A stretch of 64,000 nucleotides of DNA from an uncultured Verrucomicrobiae bacterium (GCA_963735805.1 CAVTMK010000004.1:384001-448000); one strand, 5' to 3'. Positions 1-10,651 are shown, counted from the first letter of the stretch. Numbers and translations are program-made. The notes: a model not told the origin generated them from the sequence alone.

Positions 1-2415
1 AAAATATTTGGTCACGGCGCCTTCCGTTCCCGGGACCATCAAATTCTTGATCCGCACATTGGCGAATGTTCCGCGCGTCATGACCAGATCGTTGCCGCGC
101 CGGCTGCCGTAACTATTGAAATCGCGCGGTTGGATTCCGCGTGACACTAAGTACTTTCCTGCGGGCGAACTTTCTTTGATGGCTCCTGCAGGTGAAATGT
201 GATCGGTCGTTACCGTGTCACCGAAAATGCCAAGGGCGCGAGCGCCCCGAACCTCTTCAATGTGACCTGGCTCCATCGAGAAATTTTGGAAGAACGGTGG
301 CTCGTGAATGTAGTCGCTCTTTTCGTCCCATTCATAAATGTCGCCCGTGCTCGACGGAATTTCGTTCCACTTCGGATTTTGACCTGCAAAATCGCGATAA
401 AGTTTGCGGAATGTTTCCGGCGTCAGCGCAGTTTGCATCGCGTCCCGGATTTCACTGAGACTCGGCCACAGATCTCTCAGATAGGTATCATTGCCATCTT
501 TATCTTTCCCCAGTGGCTCGCGCGAAAGGTTGATGTGCACCCGGCCTGCGAGCGCGAACGCCACCACGAGCGGCGGCGACATCAGGAAGTTCGCTTTGAT
601 GTGCTGATGGACGCGCGCTTCAAAGTTGCGGTTTCCCGAAAGAACTGAGGCGGCAACAAGGTCGTATTTGTGGATCGCCTTCTCGATGTTCGGGTGCAGT
701 GGCCCTGAGTTGCCGATGCAGGTGGTACAACCGTAACCGACCAGATTGAATCCGAGCTGGTCCAGATATCTCTGCAGACCTGTCTTGTGAAGATAATCGG
801 AAACAACACGCGACCCGGGGGCGAGCGAGGTCTTAACTCCAGGATTAACCCGGAGACCGCGCTCGACAGCTTTCTTTGCAAGCAATCCCGCCGCAATCAT
901 CACGCTCGGATTGCTGGTGTTTGTGCAGCTGGTGATTGCCGCAATCAGGACGCTGCCATGCCCGACGTGAGTGCGCCCTTGCGTAAAAACGTCGCTGGAC
1001 TCGGCTTCAATCTCTTTGCCCGGATCGGGCGTTGGACGGTTTGCAATCATCTCAATCTTATTGAGTTCGTCCCCGGGGTTAATTCCCTGATCCTCCTTCG
1101 TATCGGTCGACGCCATCGCGTCGTCGCGAGGAGGGCTGCCATTCAATTCCACCAGGTGTTTTTTGCGAAGGTCGACATCTTGCTTGCCGTACCCGCCATC
1201 GCGGACCGGTTTTTCGAGCAACTCGCGAAATGTTTTTTCCAACTCCGGCAAATTGATTCGATCCTGTGGCCTTTTGGGCCCGGCGACGCTCGGCTGCACG
1301 TCGGCTAGGTTTAGATCGATATCGACGCTGTAATCGATTTCGCCTCTGAGCGGCATGCCGAACATTTTTTGGGCACAAAAATAATTTTCGAACGCAAGAC
1401 ATTGCTCTTCGCTCCGTCCCGTCGCCCTCAAGTAAGCGATCGATTCTTGATCGATCGGGAAATATCCCATCGTCGCGCCGTACTCCGGCGACATGTTTCC
1501 GACGGTGGCCCGATCAGGCACCGGCAGCGATGCAGCGCCTTCGCCGTAAAACTCGACGAATTTGCCGACGACTTTTTGCGCGCGCAGCAATTGTGTGATG
1601 TGCAAAACGAGATCGGTCGCTGTGACGCCTTCGCGCAATTGCCCGCTCATGTGCACTCCCACGACTTCCGGCGTCAAAAAGTAAACCGGCTGGCCCAGCA
1701 TTCCCGCTTCCGCTTCGATTCCGCCCACACCCCACCCAACGACACCCAGACCGTTGATCATCGTCGTATGGGAATCAGTTCCGACCAGAGTGTCAGGGAA
1801 GAAAAGTTGAGAGTTAAGAGTCGGGGGTTGAGAGAAAAGAACGCCTTTGGCCAAGTACTCCAGGTTTACCTGGTGGACAATGCCGATGCCCGGTGGGATG
1901 AGCTGGAAAGTCTTGAATGCCTGCTGTCCCCATTTAAGAAACTGATAGCGCTCGCGGTTGCGCTTGAATTCCATATCCAGGTTTAACTCCAAGGCTCTTG
2001 CCGAACCGAAGAAATCCACCTGCACCGAGTGATCCACCACCAGATCAACCGGTACGAGCGGCTCAATGATTTTCGGATCACGACCGAGACGTTTCACCGC
2101 ACTGCGCATCGCAGCCAGGTCGACCACCAGCGGCACTCCCGTAAAATCCTGCAAAACGATGCGCGCGACTACGAATGGAATTTCTTCGTTCGCTGGGGAT
2201 TTCGCGTTCCAGTTCGCCAGCGCTTCGACATCTTTGCGTCGGACTTTTTGGCCATCGCAATTGCGTAGCACCGATTCGAGCACAATCCGGATGCTCACTG
2301 GCAAACGCGATATTTTTCCAATTCCCTGTTCTTCCAGAGCCGGAAGCGAAAACAAATATCCTTCCCGACCTTTGCCGGCGTCAAACTTCTTTAGCGTCTT
2401 AAATTCGTCCTTCAT
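1..2415 (-). CDS. acnA: Aconitate hydratase AcnA (3' end runs off the window start)
   Basis: Not in the ORF track because there is no stop in the window. Spot translations in one frame from ATG at 2415 give [11 protein letters not shown]...[51 protein letters not shown] and [26 protein letters not shown]. Confidence 0.96.
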   Translation of the reverse strand, partial: MKDEFKTLKKFDAGKGREGYLFSLPALEEQGIGKISRLPVSIRIVLESVLRNCDGQKVRRKDVEALANWNAKSPANEEIPFVVARIVLQDFTGVPLVVDLAAMRSAVKRLGRDPKIIEPLVPVDLVVDHSVQVDFFGSARALELNLDMEFKRNRERYQFLKWGQQAFKTFQLIPPGIGIVHQVNLEYLAKGVLFSQPPTLNSQLFFPDTLVGTDSHTTMINGLGVVGWGVGGIEAEAGMLGQPVYFLTPEVVGVHMSGQLREGVTATDLVLHITQLLRAQKVVGKFVEFYGEGAASLPVPDRATVGNMSPEYGATMGYFPIDQESIAYLRATGRSEEQCLAFENYFCAQKMFGMPLRGEIDYSVDIDLNLADVQPSVAGPKRPQDRINLPELEKTFRELLEKPVRDGGYGKQDVDLRKKHLVELNGSPPRDDAMASTDTKEDQGINPGDELNKIEMIANRPTPDPGKEIEAESSDVFTQGRTHVGHGSVLIAAITSCTNTSNPSVMIAAGLLAKKAVERGLRVNPGVKTSLAPGSRVVSDYLHKTGLQRYLDQLGFNLVGYGCTTCIGNSGPLHPNIEKAIHKYDLVAASVLSGNRNFEARVHQHIKANFLMSPPLVVAFALAGRVHINLSREPLGKDKDGNDTYLRDLWPSLSEIRDAMQTALTPETFRKLYRDFAGQNPKWNEIPSSTGDIYEWDEKSDYIHEPPFFQNFSMEPGHIEEVRGARALGIFGDTVTTDHISPAGAIKESSPAGKYLVSRGIQPRDFNSYGSRRGNDLVMTRGTFANVRIKNLMVPGTEGAVTKYF

Positions 2416-2421
2416 TGTCCG

Positions 2422-2452
2422 TTGTCATTCCGAGCGGAGCTCGAGATGACAA
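2422..2452. repeat. TGTCAT-type palindromic REP-like element
   Basis: TTGTCAT-TCCGAGCGGAGCTCGAG-ATGACAA; related to the longer element at 21454-21523. Confidence 0.55.
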
Positions 2453-2457
2453 GCATC

Positions 2458-2952
2458 TCACTTCAGTTCCGCCAGTTTTGCTTTGATCTTGTCAAAATTG
2501 GGTAACTGGCGGGCGTCATCGTTGCTCTCTGCATATTGGATCACACCATTCTTATCGACGATGAATGCCGACCGTTTCGGCACGCCTCCCATGCCGAGAT
2601 TCATTTGGGGCAGGAATGAATCGTACATCACGGCATAATCTTTCGCGACTTTGTGTTCGTAATCGCTAAGCAACGGCACAGTGATTTTCTCCTTTTGTGC
2701 CCAGGCTTCCTGCGCAAACGGATTATCCCCGCTGATTCCGAGAACGGCTGCGTTCAAACCGGTGTAAGCGTTCATTCCCTGGCTGACCTCGCACATCTCT
2801 GTGGTACACGTGCCCGTAAAGGCCATCGGAAAGAAAAGCAAAAGTGTGTTTTTCTTTCCGAAATTGTCGCTGAGCTTGATTTGCTTTGGCCCGTCAGCGG
2901 TCTTGGTCGATAACGTGAAGTCTGGCGCTTTGGTTCCAACAGCGAGTGACAT
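2458..2952 (-). CDS. Peroxiredoxin (AhpC/TSA, AhpE-like)
   Basis: APDFTL start, FFPMAFTGTCTTEMC (PxxxTxxC), LLSD and RSAFIVDKNGVI motifs. Confidence 0.9.
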   Translation of the reverse strand: MSLAVGTKAPDFTLSTKTADGPKQIKLSDNFGKKNTLLLFFPMAFTGTCTTEMCEVSQGMNAYTGLNAAVLGISGDNPFAQEAWAQKEKITVPLLSDYEHKVAKDYAVMYDSFLPQMNLGMGGVPKRSAFIVDKNGVIQYAESNDDARQLPNFDKIKAKLAELK

Positions 2953-2992
2953 AAATGATTCTCCGGTTTGAATTCAACAAGGAGGGACTTTC

Positions 2993-3020
2993 ACTATAGG
3001 AATTGAGGTGGCTGGGTCAA
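2993..3020 (-). promoter_or_regulatory. Putative sigma70-type promoter for the peroxiredoxin gene (possibly also acnA)
   Basis: Minus strand TTGACC-N16-TATAGT about 40 nt upstream of the start. Confidence 0.4.
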
Positions 3021-3076
3021 AGGCTCGTTAGAGCGCTAAGCGTTGAGTGGGAATCGTTAAATCCCTAAATGATGAC

Positions 3077-3565
3077 ATGGAGCTGTTCTGGTGGGTGGTC
3101 GCAGTTATTCTGTTTGCAATCGGCTTGATCGGCACGGTGCTGCCCGTGTTTCCAGGGGCAATTATCATTCTGGCAGGCGCAATCCTTCACCGGGTAATGC
3201 TCGGCCCTGAGAAGAGCATCGGCTGGTGGACGATCACGGCGCTCATACTGCTCACGCTTGTAGCGTATGGGCTCGATTTTCTAAGCGGCTACTTTGGTGC
3301 GCGCTATTTCGGAGCGACAAAGTGGGGGATGTTCGGCGCGCTGCTTGGAGCAGTGATTGGTGTTTTCTTCGGGATCGCCGGATTATTTGTTGGACCGGTG
3401 ATTGGTGCGGTCGCCGGTGAATTCATCGCCGGCAAACGAATGATAGATGCTGGCCGCGCCGGCTGGGGAAGTTTACTGGGAAATCTCGGTGCAATGGTTG
3501 GTAAACTTCTGATCGCGCTCGTCATGATCGCGATTTTTTTCATGGCCGTGCCAGCGCCGTTTTGA
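3077..3565 (+). CDS. DUF456 family membrane protein
   Basis: Hydrophobic; GLIGTVLPVFPG, GARYFGATKWG and GPVIGAVAGE patterns. Confidence 0.85.
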   Translation: MELFWWVVAVILFAIGLIGTVLPVFPGAIIILAGAILHRVMLGPEKSIGWWTITALILLTLVAYGLDFLSGYFGARYFGATKWGMFGALLGAVIGVFFGIAGLFVGPVIGAVAGEFIAGKRMIDAGRAGWGSLLGNLGAMVGKLLIALVMIAIFFMAVPAPF

Positions 3566-3596
3566 TGCTCTCTGTCGGACAGAGTTTCAACTCATC

Positions 3597-4547
3597 CTAC
3601 GCGCCAATTAGAACAATAGTCAAAGGTAGCGTGACAATCATCGTAAGCGTGGTCAGCACGAGCGTAGACGCCGCTTCGGTTTCATATACGTGATACCGCG
3701 AGCCGAGCAGTGGAGCTACCACGGACGCGGGAATCGCGCACAAAACAATCGCTTCCTGCCCGAGTGGATTTCGAATTCCAAGTGCGGCGACAAGAAGCGC
3801 CATGAGTGCGGGCTGGCCAATCATCTTTGCCAGAACATTCCCGAGAATTTCCGGACTGATTCGAATCCGATAGCTGGCAATAATCAGTCCTGCCAAAAAG
3901 AGAGAGGTGCCCGAGGTCGCTGAGCCGAGCAGCTTGAGCATCTTGTCAATTTCCTGCGGCATAGCAATGTCTGCCAGCACCAACAATAGGCCAAGAAGCG
4001 GTGCCCAGACCATTGGCTCTTTTGCGCTGTTCAAAAGGCAGTGCACAAGCGCATTGCTCGCGATCTTATCCGCGTCGCGACTACAACGCTGCTGATGCAT
4101 TTCCAGGAGAACAACGGTCAACGGGACAAGTATGCCGCATGAAATTACCGTTGCCGTTGCTACTGGTACGATGCTGGCAGAACCGAATAAGCCCGTAAAA
4201 ATGGGCACGCCCAAAAACGCAACTGACGGAAACGTCACGAGATTCGCGTGTATTGCTGCTTCGCCTAACGAATGACGCAAAACAAATACGCTGATTAAGA
4301 CAGCGGCTGCAAACAATCCAATCGTTGCAAGAAACACGCCCAGCAAATAGGCTGTTTCCTCGAGCAAACGGGTCCGCGTCGTCGTGACTGTTCCGACAAA
4401 CATCAACGCGGGCAGCGCATACACCAATACCAATTCATTGAGTCCCATCACTTGCTCTGGGGTAAATTTCTTTTCGCGGCCTGCGGCGTAACCAAGTCCG
4501 ATCACGAACAAAATCGGCAGAAGCACCAAGAGAGCAGAAACAATCAT
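3597..4547 (-). CDS. AEC (auxin efflux carrier / malonate transporter-like) family permease
   Basis: About 10 TM helices; LNELVLVYALPALMF, FPSVAFLGVP and EPMVWAPLLG motifs. Confidence 0.85.
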   Translation of the reverse strand: MIVSALLVLLPILFVIGLGYAAGREKKFTPEQVMGLNELVLVYALPALMFVGTVTTTRTRLLEETAYLLGVFLATIGLFAAAVLISVFVLRHSLGEAAIHANLVTFPSVAFLGVPIFTGLFGSASIVPVATATVISCGILVPLTVVLLEMHQQRCSRDADKIASNALVHCLLNSAKEPMVWAPLLGLLLVLADIAMPQEIDKMLKLLGSATSGTSLFLAGLIIASYRIRISPEILGNVLAKMIGQPALMALLVAALGIRNPLGQEAIVLCAIPASVVAPLLGSRYHVYETEAASTLVLTTLTMIVTLPLTIVLIGA

Positions 4548-4661
4548 TTCGGAGCACGAATTGGCTGTCCTGTGTTATAGCGTCGCCGCTCTACAGTCGA
4601 GATATCTCTTGCCATCCGTGGCGGTCTTTTCTTCAGCACGGTTTGTGATAAATTATTTGCC

Positions 4662-5053
4662 GATGGCAGATGATCGCTGGTGAGCCGCTTGCGGTTCGCT
4701 GGAGGAAAGTCCGAACACCATACGGCGGCATGCCGCGTAAAACACGCGGGCGTCGCAGTTGAAAAACTGCGATGACGGAAAGTGTCACAGAAAAGATACC
4801 GCCGGTTCTTTAAGTGCAGGCAAGGGTGAAAAGGCGAGGTAAGAGCTCACCGCTCACGAAGTAATTCGCGAGGCACGAAAAACCCCATGCGGTGCAAGAC
4901 AAAACAGAGGAAGGGCAGCCGGCCCGAGAAAGATCCTCGGGTATCGTCGCATCATAGCGGAGGCAATCCGCCAGGCTCTCGGAGCAATCCGGGAGAGATA
5001 AATGATCATCCCGGCTGAGAAATTAGCCGGACAGAATTCGGCTTATCGCCATC
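4662..5053 (+). ncRNA. rnpB: RNase P RNA (class A)
   Basis: Conserved GAGGAAAGTCC, AGTGTCACAGAAA, GGGTGAAA..GGTAAGAGC, AAACCCC..GCAAG and ACAGAATTCGGCTTAT segments; P1 pairing GATGGC/GCCATC. Confidence 0.97.
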
Positions 5054-5060
5054 CAAATAA

Positions 5061-5099
5061 GAAGGGCGTTTTCGGAAACGAAGGCGCCCTTCGCTTTTT
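5061..5099 (+). terminator. Hairpin terminator between convergent rnpB and dxs
   Basis: GAAGGGCGTTTTCG-GAAA-CGAAGGCGCCCTTC followed by GCTTTTT. Confidence 0.65.
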
Positions 5100-5140
5100 C
5101 CAATCGCTGGGCGAAGCGGGCCAAGGTTCGACGGCGAATT

Positions 5141-7087
5141 TCAGGCCACGGAAGGTTTGAGGTTCGACTTTTTGCGAAGAAGCGGCAGAACTTTCTCCAC
5201 CAGCGCGTCGGCGGTGATGCCGTGTTTTTTGCGCAAGATTGGTACGGCACCGTGTTCGATGAATTGATCGGGCCATCCTATGCGTACCACGGGCGTGTTG
5301 ATCATCTTCGAGTGCAGATGTTCCATGGCGGCGCATCCAAAACCGTTGTGCAACACGTGGTCTTCAATCGTGCACACGACTTCAACGCTGCGTGCGAAAA
5401 ATTCAAGCGTCCCGGTATCGATCGGTTTGATCCAGCGTGGATTGATGAGCGCGACGGAAATGCCTTTTTCCTCAAGTTTGCGCGCTGCTTCCTCGGCCAT
5501 TTCAAACATGTTACCCAAGCCAAAGATTGCCACATCACGCCCGTGCTTTACGACTTCCGCCTTGCCGATCTCGAGAAGCTTCGGTTCCGGTTTGATTTTT
5601 GCGCCGGTCCCGGATCCGCGGGGATAACGAACGGCAATTGGGCCAGAATTGTAATGCGCCATGGTCCAAAGCATGTCGACGAATTCGTCCTCGTCCTTTG
5701 GCTGCATGTGGACCCAATTCGGGACGTGTCGGAGGTAGCCGATATCGAACAAGCCGTGATGCGTTGGCCCGTCGTCGCCGCTTAATCCAGCGCGATCCAT
5801 GCACAATTTCACGTTCAGGTTCTGGATTGCGATATCGTGAATCGCCATGTCATAGGCACGCTGGAAAAACGTGGAGTAAATTGCGAGAAACGGTTGCAAT
5901 CCTTGCGTCGCAAGTCCACAGGCGAAAAGCGTGGCATGCTCTTCCGCGATGCCGACATCGAAGTAGCGGCCGGGATGCGCCTTGGCGAAATGCGAGAGCC
6001 CAGTGCCGCTCGGCATCGCCGCTGTGATTGTGACAAGCTTCTGATTTGTTTCGGCAAATTTCGCGAGCGTCTTGCCGAAAATTTCCGAGTAGGTGGGAGT
6101 TGGTGTTGGCGCAGTCTCGCCGCTCTCGATCTTATATTTGCCGAGACCATGGAACTTATCCGGTTGCTTGAGCGCCGGCGCATATCCCTTCCCTTTCTGG
6201 GTGAGAATGTGCAACAGGACCGGTTCTTCCTGCGTTTTCAAAAATTCAAATGTCCGGATGAGCAATGGAATATCATGGCCATCGATCGGTCCATAATAAC
6301 GGAGGCCAAGCTCTTCGAAAATGACACTCGGCACCAGCAAACCTTTGACGCTTTCCTCCACTTTATGTGCGAAGTGTGCCACCGACCTCCCGGCAATCGC
6401 GCGGACGAAATGTGCCGCCTTCTCATGCAAATGTGCAAACGTCGGGCTCGTGGCAATACTGTTTAGATAATTTGCAATCGCCCCAACGTTTTTTGCGATC
6501 GACCACTCATTGTCGTTTAGCACGACGATGAAACGCTTGGTGTGCGCTTTTACATTGTTGAGCGCTTCGTAGCTGATCCCGCAGGTTAATGCGGCATCGC
6601 CCGCCACCACGACGATGTTCTCGTCGCTTCCGCGGAGGTCGCGCCCGACCGCCATACCGAGTCCGGCGGAAAGCGCTGTCCCGGCATGACCCGCTCCGTA
6701 GCAATCATGTTCGCTCTCGGAACGCAAAAGGAAGCCGTTCAGGCCGCCGAATTGCCGCATGGTATTAAAACGATCGAGCCTCCCGGTAAACAATTTGTGG
6801 ACATAACCTTGGTGGCTCACGTCCATCACGAATCGGTCCTGTGGCGTGTTAAAGACCCGGTGCATGGCTATCGTCAGTTCAACGACACCGAGGTTTGGGC
6901 CAAGATGGCCTCCGGTTTGGGAAAGGACCCTGATCAGTTCTTCTCGCACTTCCTGCGCGAGCTGTGGCAGATCCTGTTCGCGCAACGCTTTGATATCCTC
7001 AGGCGAGCGGATGCCATCGAGCAAACGCGGTGGCGCCGCGGTCCCCTCAGAAATCTCAGATACCTCAGAAGAGTTTGATTTCATCAT
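5141..7087 (-). CDS. dxs: 1-deoxy-D-xylulose-5-phosphate synthase
   Basis: GGHLGPNLGVVEL, HQGYVHK, LNDNEWSI, DVGIAEEHA, AIYSTFFQRAYD and DGPTHHG motifs; start could be 7105. Confidence 0.97.
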   Translation of the reverse strand: MMKSNSSEVSEISEGTAAPPRLLDGIRSPEDIKALREQDLPQLAQEVREELIRVLSQTGGHLGPNLGVVELTIAMHRVFNTPQDRFVMDVSHQGYVHKLFTGRLDRFNTMRQFGGLNGFLLRSESEHDCYGAGHAGTALSAGLGMAVGRDLRGSDENIVVVAGDAALTCGISYEALNNVKAHTKRFIVVLNDNEWSIAKNVGAIANYLNSIATSPTFAHLHEKAAHFVRAIAGRSVAHFAHKVEESVKGLLVPSVIFEELGLRYYGPIDGHDIPLLIRTFEFLKTQEEPVLLHILTQKGKGYAPALKQPDKFHGLGKYKIESGETAPTPTPTYSEIFGKTLAKFAETNQKLVTITAAMPSGTGLSHFAKAHPGRYFDVGIAEEHATLFACGLATQGLQPFLAIYSTFFQRAYDMAIHDIAIQNLNVKLCMDRAGLSGDDGPTHHGLFDIGYLRHVPNWVHMQPKDEDEFVDMLWTMAHYNSGPIAVRYPRGSGTGAKIKPEPKLLEIGKAEVVKHGRDVAIFGLGNMFEMAEEAARKLEEKGISVALINPRWIKPIDTGTLEFFARSVEVVCTIEDHVLHNGFGCAAMEHLHSKMINTPVVRIGWPDQFIEHGAVPILRKKHGITADALVEKVLPLLRKKSNLKPSVA

Positions 7088-7382
7088 TTGTGCTTTCGGA
7101 TTCATCTACGGTTTCGGCCGGAGCAGCCGGTTCCGGTGTGGGCTCGAAATCCTTCACTATCGCCTTTCCCGCGCTGTTGCGAGCGATGATTTCGATCTTT
7201 TGTTCGGCCTTGGCAAGTCGCTCCTGGCAAACCTTTACCAGATTCATTCCCTCCTCGTAGCGTACTATTAGATCTTCGAGCGGGAGTTTGCCGGATTCCA
7301 TTTGCTCGACAATCTTTTCGAGCCGATCCATCGCGCCTTCAAAGTTAAGCTCCGCCTCGCGCGGCTTCGATTTGCTGCTCAT
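7065..7382 (-). CDS. xseB: Exodeoxyribonuclease VII small subunit
   Basis: FEGAMDRLEKIVEQMESGKLPLEDLIVRYEEG...AEQKI; typical xseB-dxs synteny. Confidence 0.93.
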   Translation of the reverse strand: MSSKSKPREAELNFEGAMDRLEKIVEQMESGKLPLEDLIVRYEEGMNLVKVCQERLAKAEQKIEIIARNSAGKAIVKDFEPTPEPAAPAETVDESESTNDEIKLF

Positions 7383-7548
7383 GGGGAAAACGGAAGAATT
7401 AAGCACAGCTTGGCCAGGAAAAAAGCACGACTTACGCCGAGACGCGCACCACAGACTGAACAATTCGCACGCTTTACCGATTTAACGACACCCCAAATAA
7501 GCATTCGCATCAGTTCAAAGCGCAGCCGAATATTTCCGCTCCGCACTG

Positions 7549-8280
7549 ATGAAAAGAATACCAGAATCCTTGCGTTCGTGGTGGCGTGAAGGGAAAGACA
7601 CAAATCAGCGTGAGCTGTCGCCAGCGACATCCTACTACGGGATGTGGGACGTGGTGGTGCGTTTTGCGGTTGAAATCCGGGCAAGCGATTTCATGGCTGA
7701 GATGATCAGGCGACGTGATGCATTCGGCAGCGAGGGAGTGATGGGTGCGATTGATTGCGCTACGCTTTACGGATTGACGCGTTGGCTTCGGCCAGCAGTC
7801 ATCGTCGAGTCCGGCGGATTCATTGGAATGTCCTCGGCGTTCATCTTGAAAGGCATTGCTGATGAAAAGCTCGCGGCAACCAAACTGTACAGCATCGAAT
7901 TGAGCCACGATTGCGATCAGGGCGCTTTGATTCCGGACGAATTGCGATCGGCCGCCGGCGGTTTCGTGCCGATGCGCGGCAAAGTGGAAGATTTCCTCAA
8001 GGGGGGTGAGCTCCCTTCAACCATCGACATGTTTCTCCACGACAGTTCGCACAGCTACCGGCATATGCTGTGGGAGTTCCGCCAGTTTTGGCCCCGCCTG
8101 CGCGACGGCGGATTACTCGTGTCGCACGACGTGCAAATGAATGCTGCGTTTCCCGAATTCGTTGCGCAGACCTATTCGCATGATAAAAAGACCGGTCGCC
8201 GTGACACGCAGCGAACCTCCCATTACGAATGGGGCCGCTGGGGTTACATCGGCTTCGCCATTAAAAAGGCAGACCAGTGA
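7549..8280 (+). CDS. Class I SAM-dependent methyltransferase (Methyltransf_24-like)
   Basis: IVESGGFIGMSS, IDMFLHDSSHSY and LRDGGLLVSHDV motifs. Confidence 0.8.
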   Translation: MKRIPESLRSWWREGKDTNQRELSPATSYYGMWDVVVRFAVEIRASDFMAEMIRRRDAFGSEGVMGAIDCATLYGLTRWLRPAVIVESGGFIGMSSAFILKGIADEKLAATKLYSIELSHDCDQGALIPDELRSAAGGFVPMRGKVEDFLKGGELPSTIDMFLHDSSHSYRHMLWEFRQFWPRLRDGGLLVSHDVQMNAAFPEFVAQTYSHDKKTGRRDTQRTSHYEWGRWGYIGFAIKKADQ

Positions 8281-8381
8281 TACTACTTTGGCAGCCGTGG
8301 CTATCGTTCATTGCGTCGGCCCATGTCGCGCTTGATCGGTGCGGCGACCTAATCAACGCCATCTTCAGCCGTCTCAGAACG

Positions 8382-8939
8382 TTATCTTAATCGTTCTCCT
8401 CTAGCCGATTCTCTTATGAGTTTTGCCAGCCGCTTCAGCCGCGTTACCTCCTGTTTTGCACTCACTATCCACCACCCGATTGCTTTTCGATACGAGGGCG
8501 GCTGAGCGTAAAAGAAATCCGACGCGGCTTTGTTTTGGCTCAGCCTTTTCTCATAAGGCGCATCCAGACTGGCGCTCCTTTGTTCGTATGAATAAATGCC
8601 AGACTTGTTTTCTTTGCGCGCCTCAAACGCGGTCACCCCAGCGACCTCCATCAAACCCCTATCGCGTAATTCCAGCGCGCGCTTGATGTTGACCGCGCTC
8701 CAGATGCTTCCCCGTCGTCGCGCCGTAAACCGAATTGTGTAGCGAAAATCATCGATGCTTTTGCGAATCCCGTCGATCCAGCCAAAGCAGAGTGCTTCAT
8801 CCACCGATTCCGACCAGGTCATGCTCGGTTGCCCCGAGATTGTTTTATAATAACCAACCCACAACTCTGTTGTACGCGCATGATTCTTCTCTAGCCATCT
8901 CCGAAAATCCGTCGGTGATTTGAAGTACTTAATCCTCAT
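8382..8939 (-). CDS. YdeI/OmpD-associated (bacteriocin-protection) family protein
   Basis: FRRWLEKNH, EALCFGWIDG, SIWSAVN and SAKQEVTRLKRL motifs. Confidence 0.88.
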   Translation of the reverse strand: MRIKYFKSPTDFRRWLEKNHARTTELWVGYYKTISGQPSMTWSESVDEALCFGWIDGIRKSIDDFRYTIRFTARRRGSIWSAVNIKRALELRDRGLMEVAGVTAFEARKENKSGIYSYEQRSASLDAPYEKRLSQNKAASDFFYAQPPSYRKAIGWWIVSAKQEVTRLKRLAKLIRESARGERLR

Positions 8940-9038
8940 GGCAGAAGAACTTCTCCCGTTCATGAGAAAGTGAGACCTCACTCCGCCACCCCGTCGCTAC
9001 GTGAGTAATGGCCTTAACTGCTCTCATCGAGAGCGGGT

Positions 9039-9416
9039 CTAACCGATCTGTTTTTTGTAAGCCTCGGCGTCCTTCAGTTGTTTAAGGTCGTCGGCGTTGT
9101 CCAGTTTGAGAACGAAGATCCAGCCCTGAGCGTAGGGTTCGCGGTTGATCAAGCCAGGATCCGCTTCGAGGGCTTTATTTACTTCCACGACCGTTCCCTT
9201 CACCGGCGCGTAAATGTCACTTGCCGCCTTCACGGATTCGACAACAGCGATTGCTTCTTTGGCGTTTGCCTGCCGATCCATTTTTGGCAGTTCGACGTAA
9301 ACCACGTCGGTCAATTCGGACTGAGCATGATCGGTAACGCCGACGCGCACATTGTCGCCTTCGCGTTTAATCCATTCGTGTGATTCGGTGTAAAGCAATT
9401 CCTCAGGGACATTCAT
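9039..9416 (-). CDS. gcvH: Glycine cleavage system H protein
   Basis: YTESHEW, GVTDHAQ, lipoyl motif VESVKAASD, INREPYAQGW. Confidence 0.97.
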   Translation of the reverse strand: MNVPEELLYTESHEWIKREGDNVRVGVTDHAQSELTDVVYVELPKMDRQANAKEAIAVVESVKAASDIYAPVKGTVVEVNKALEADPGLINREPYAQGWIFVLKLDNADDLKQLKDAEAYKKQIG

Positions 9417-10519
9417 GATTTCTTATAGAGCGGTTTCTTTTCTATGGTAGCTGGAAATTTTTGTCCGCGAATTTCGATATCGATTTGCGTTCCGATCTTC
9501 GCGCGCGCCGTCGAGAGATACGCCATCCCCACGCCCCAGTTCAAGCTCGGAGAAAGTGTGCCGCTTGTAACTTCTCCAATCCGTTCACCGTTCTCGAACA
9601 CGGCGTAATGCGGTCGTGGCGGCGGTCCTTTCTCTTTCATTCGAAACGGCACAAGCTTTTCGCACGGTCCTTTTTCTTTGGTCTTCACCAAAACATCGCG
9701 GCCGATGAAGTTGGGTTTTGTTAGATCGACGAAGAATCCCAGTCCCGCTTCGATGGGATTTCGTTCTGGCGACAGATCGGAACCGTTGAGCGGGTAACAC
9801 ATTTCCAACCGCAACGTATCGCGCGCTCCCAGGCCGCATGGCTTGATTCCGAACGGTTTACCTCTTTCCAGCGCGGCGTTCCAAAGCTTCACCGCATCGG
9901 TCGCGCGAAAGAAGATTTCGATCCCGTCCTCGCCGGTGTAACCAGTGCGGGCGACGGAAACAGTCGTTCCATCGAATGGAAAATCGACAATCGAATTTCG
10001 CGATGGAAGACCGGTATTACCGCCGAGCAACGCATGAAACAACTCGGCAATCCGTGGACCTTGAATTGCGACTGCACCAAAATCAGCGCTGCGATTGGTG
10101 AGTTGAACTGCGTTTGAGACTGGAAGATGGCTTTGTAACCAGGCAAAGTCTTCGTCTGTGCGCGCCGCGTTTACGACCAGCAGAAATTTCTGTTGGTCAA
10201 TTCGATAAACGATCAAGTCATCGATGATTCCGCCACGCTCGTTCAGCAGAAAGGTATATTGACCCGTGCCAACATCGAGTTTGCCGACATTATTTGTGAG
10301 CATGGCGTTGAGCCATTCGCTTGCGCCGGCTCCTTCCACGATCAATTGTCCCATGTGCGAAATATCGAACATGCCTACGTTTTTTCGCACGGCTTGATGT
10401 TCTTCGACGATGCCCGTGTATTGGACAGGCATGAGCCACCCGGCGAACGAAACGATCTTCGCGCCGAGGCGAACATGTTCTTCGTAAAGTGGCGTTTTCT
10501 TTGTCGCAGCTTCGCCCAC
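9413..10519 (-). CDS. gcvT: Glycine cleavage system T protein (aminomethyltransferase)
   Basis: KKTPLY, FAGWLMPVQY, FDISHMG, RTGYTGEDG and GLGARDTLRLE motifs; likely GTG start at 10519 (the ORF track over-extends it). Confidence 0.96.
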   Translation of the reverse strand: MGEAATKKTPLYEEHVRLGAKIVSFAGWLMPVQYTGIVEEHQAVRKNVGMFDISHMGQLIVEGAGASEWLNAMLTNNVGKLDVGTGQYTFLLNERGGIIDDLIVYRIDQQKFLLVVNAARTDEDFAWLQSHLPVSNAVQLTNRSADFGAVAIQGPRIAELFHALLGGNTGLPSRNSIVDFPFDGTTVSVARTGYTGEDGIEIFFRATDAVKLWNAALERGKPFGIKPCGLGARDTLRLEMCYPLNGSDLSPERNPIEAGLGFFVDLTKPNFIGRDVLVKTKEKGPCEKLVPFRMKEKGPPPRPHYAVFENGERIGEVTSGTLSPSLNWGVGMAYLSTARAKIGTQIDIEIRGQKFPATIEKKPLYKKS

Positions 10520-10651
10520 GCGCCAAGCTAGACTGCACGAATAGCAGCGCAAGCGTTCGCATGATTCGGTGATTGGGCCGGATTTCGGCTTCCTCCGTCC
10601 TGAAAGAGAGAGGATTGAGGTGAAGGATTGTTGCGTTACTGTCCGCGAGCG

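Noticed and set aside
975..1200. Long acidic insertion in AcnA between GPKRPQDR and IAAITSCTN
   Set aside because: This linker is known to vary in length among AcnA proteins, the frame is intact, and there are no intein or intron signatures.
199..2449. Series of plus-strand ORFs of 80-205 aa
   Set aside because: Shadows of acnA, which the ORF track missed because its stop lies outside the window.
9039..10519. gcvT-gcvH without gcvP
   Set aside because: gcvP is often encoded elsewhere; absence cannot be judged from one window.
10520..10650. Possible glycine riboswitch upstream of gcvT (minus strand contains CTCTTTCAGG)
   Set aside because: The GGAGA and CCGAAG elements are not present in the right order, and the segment looks more like a degenerate CCTCACCTCAATCCTCTC-type repeat.
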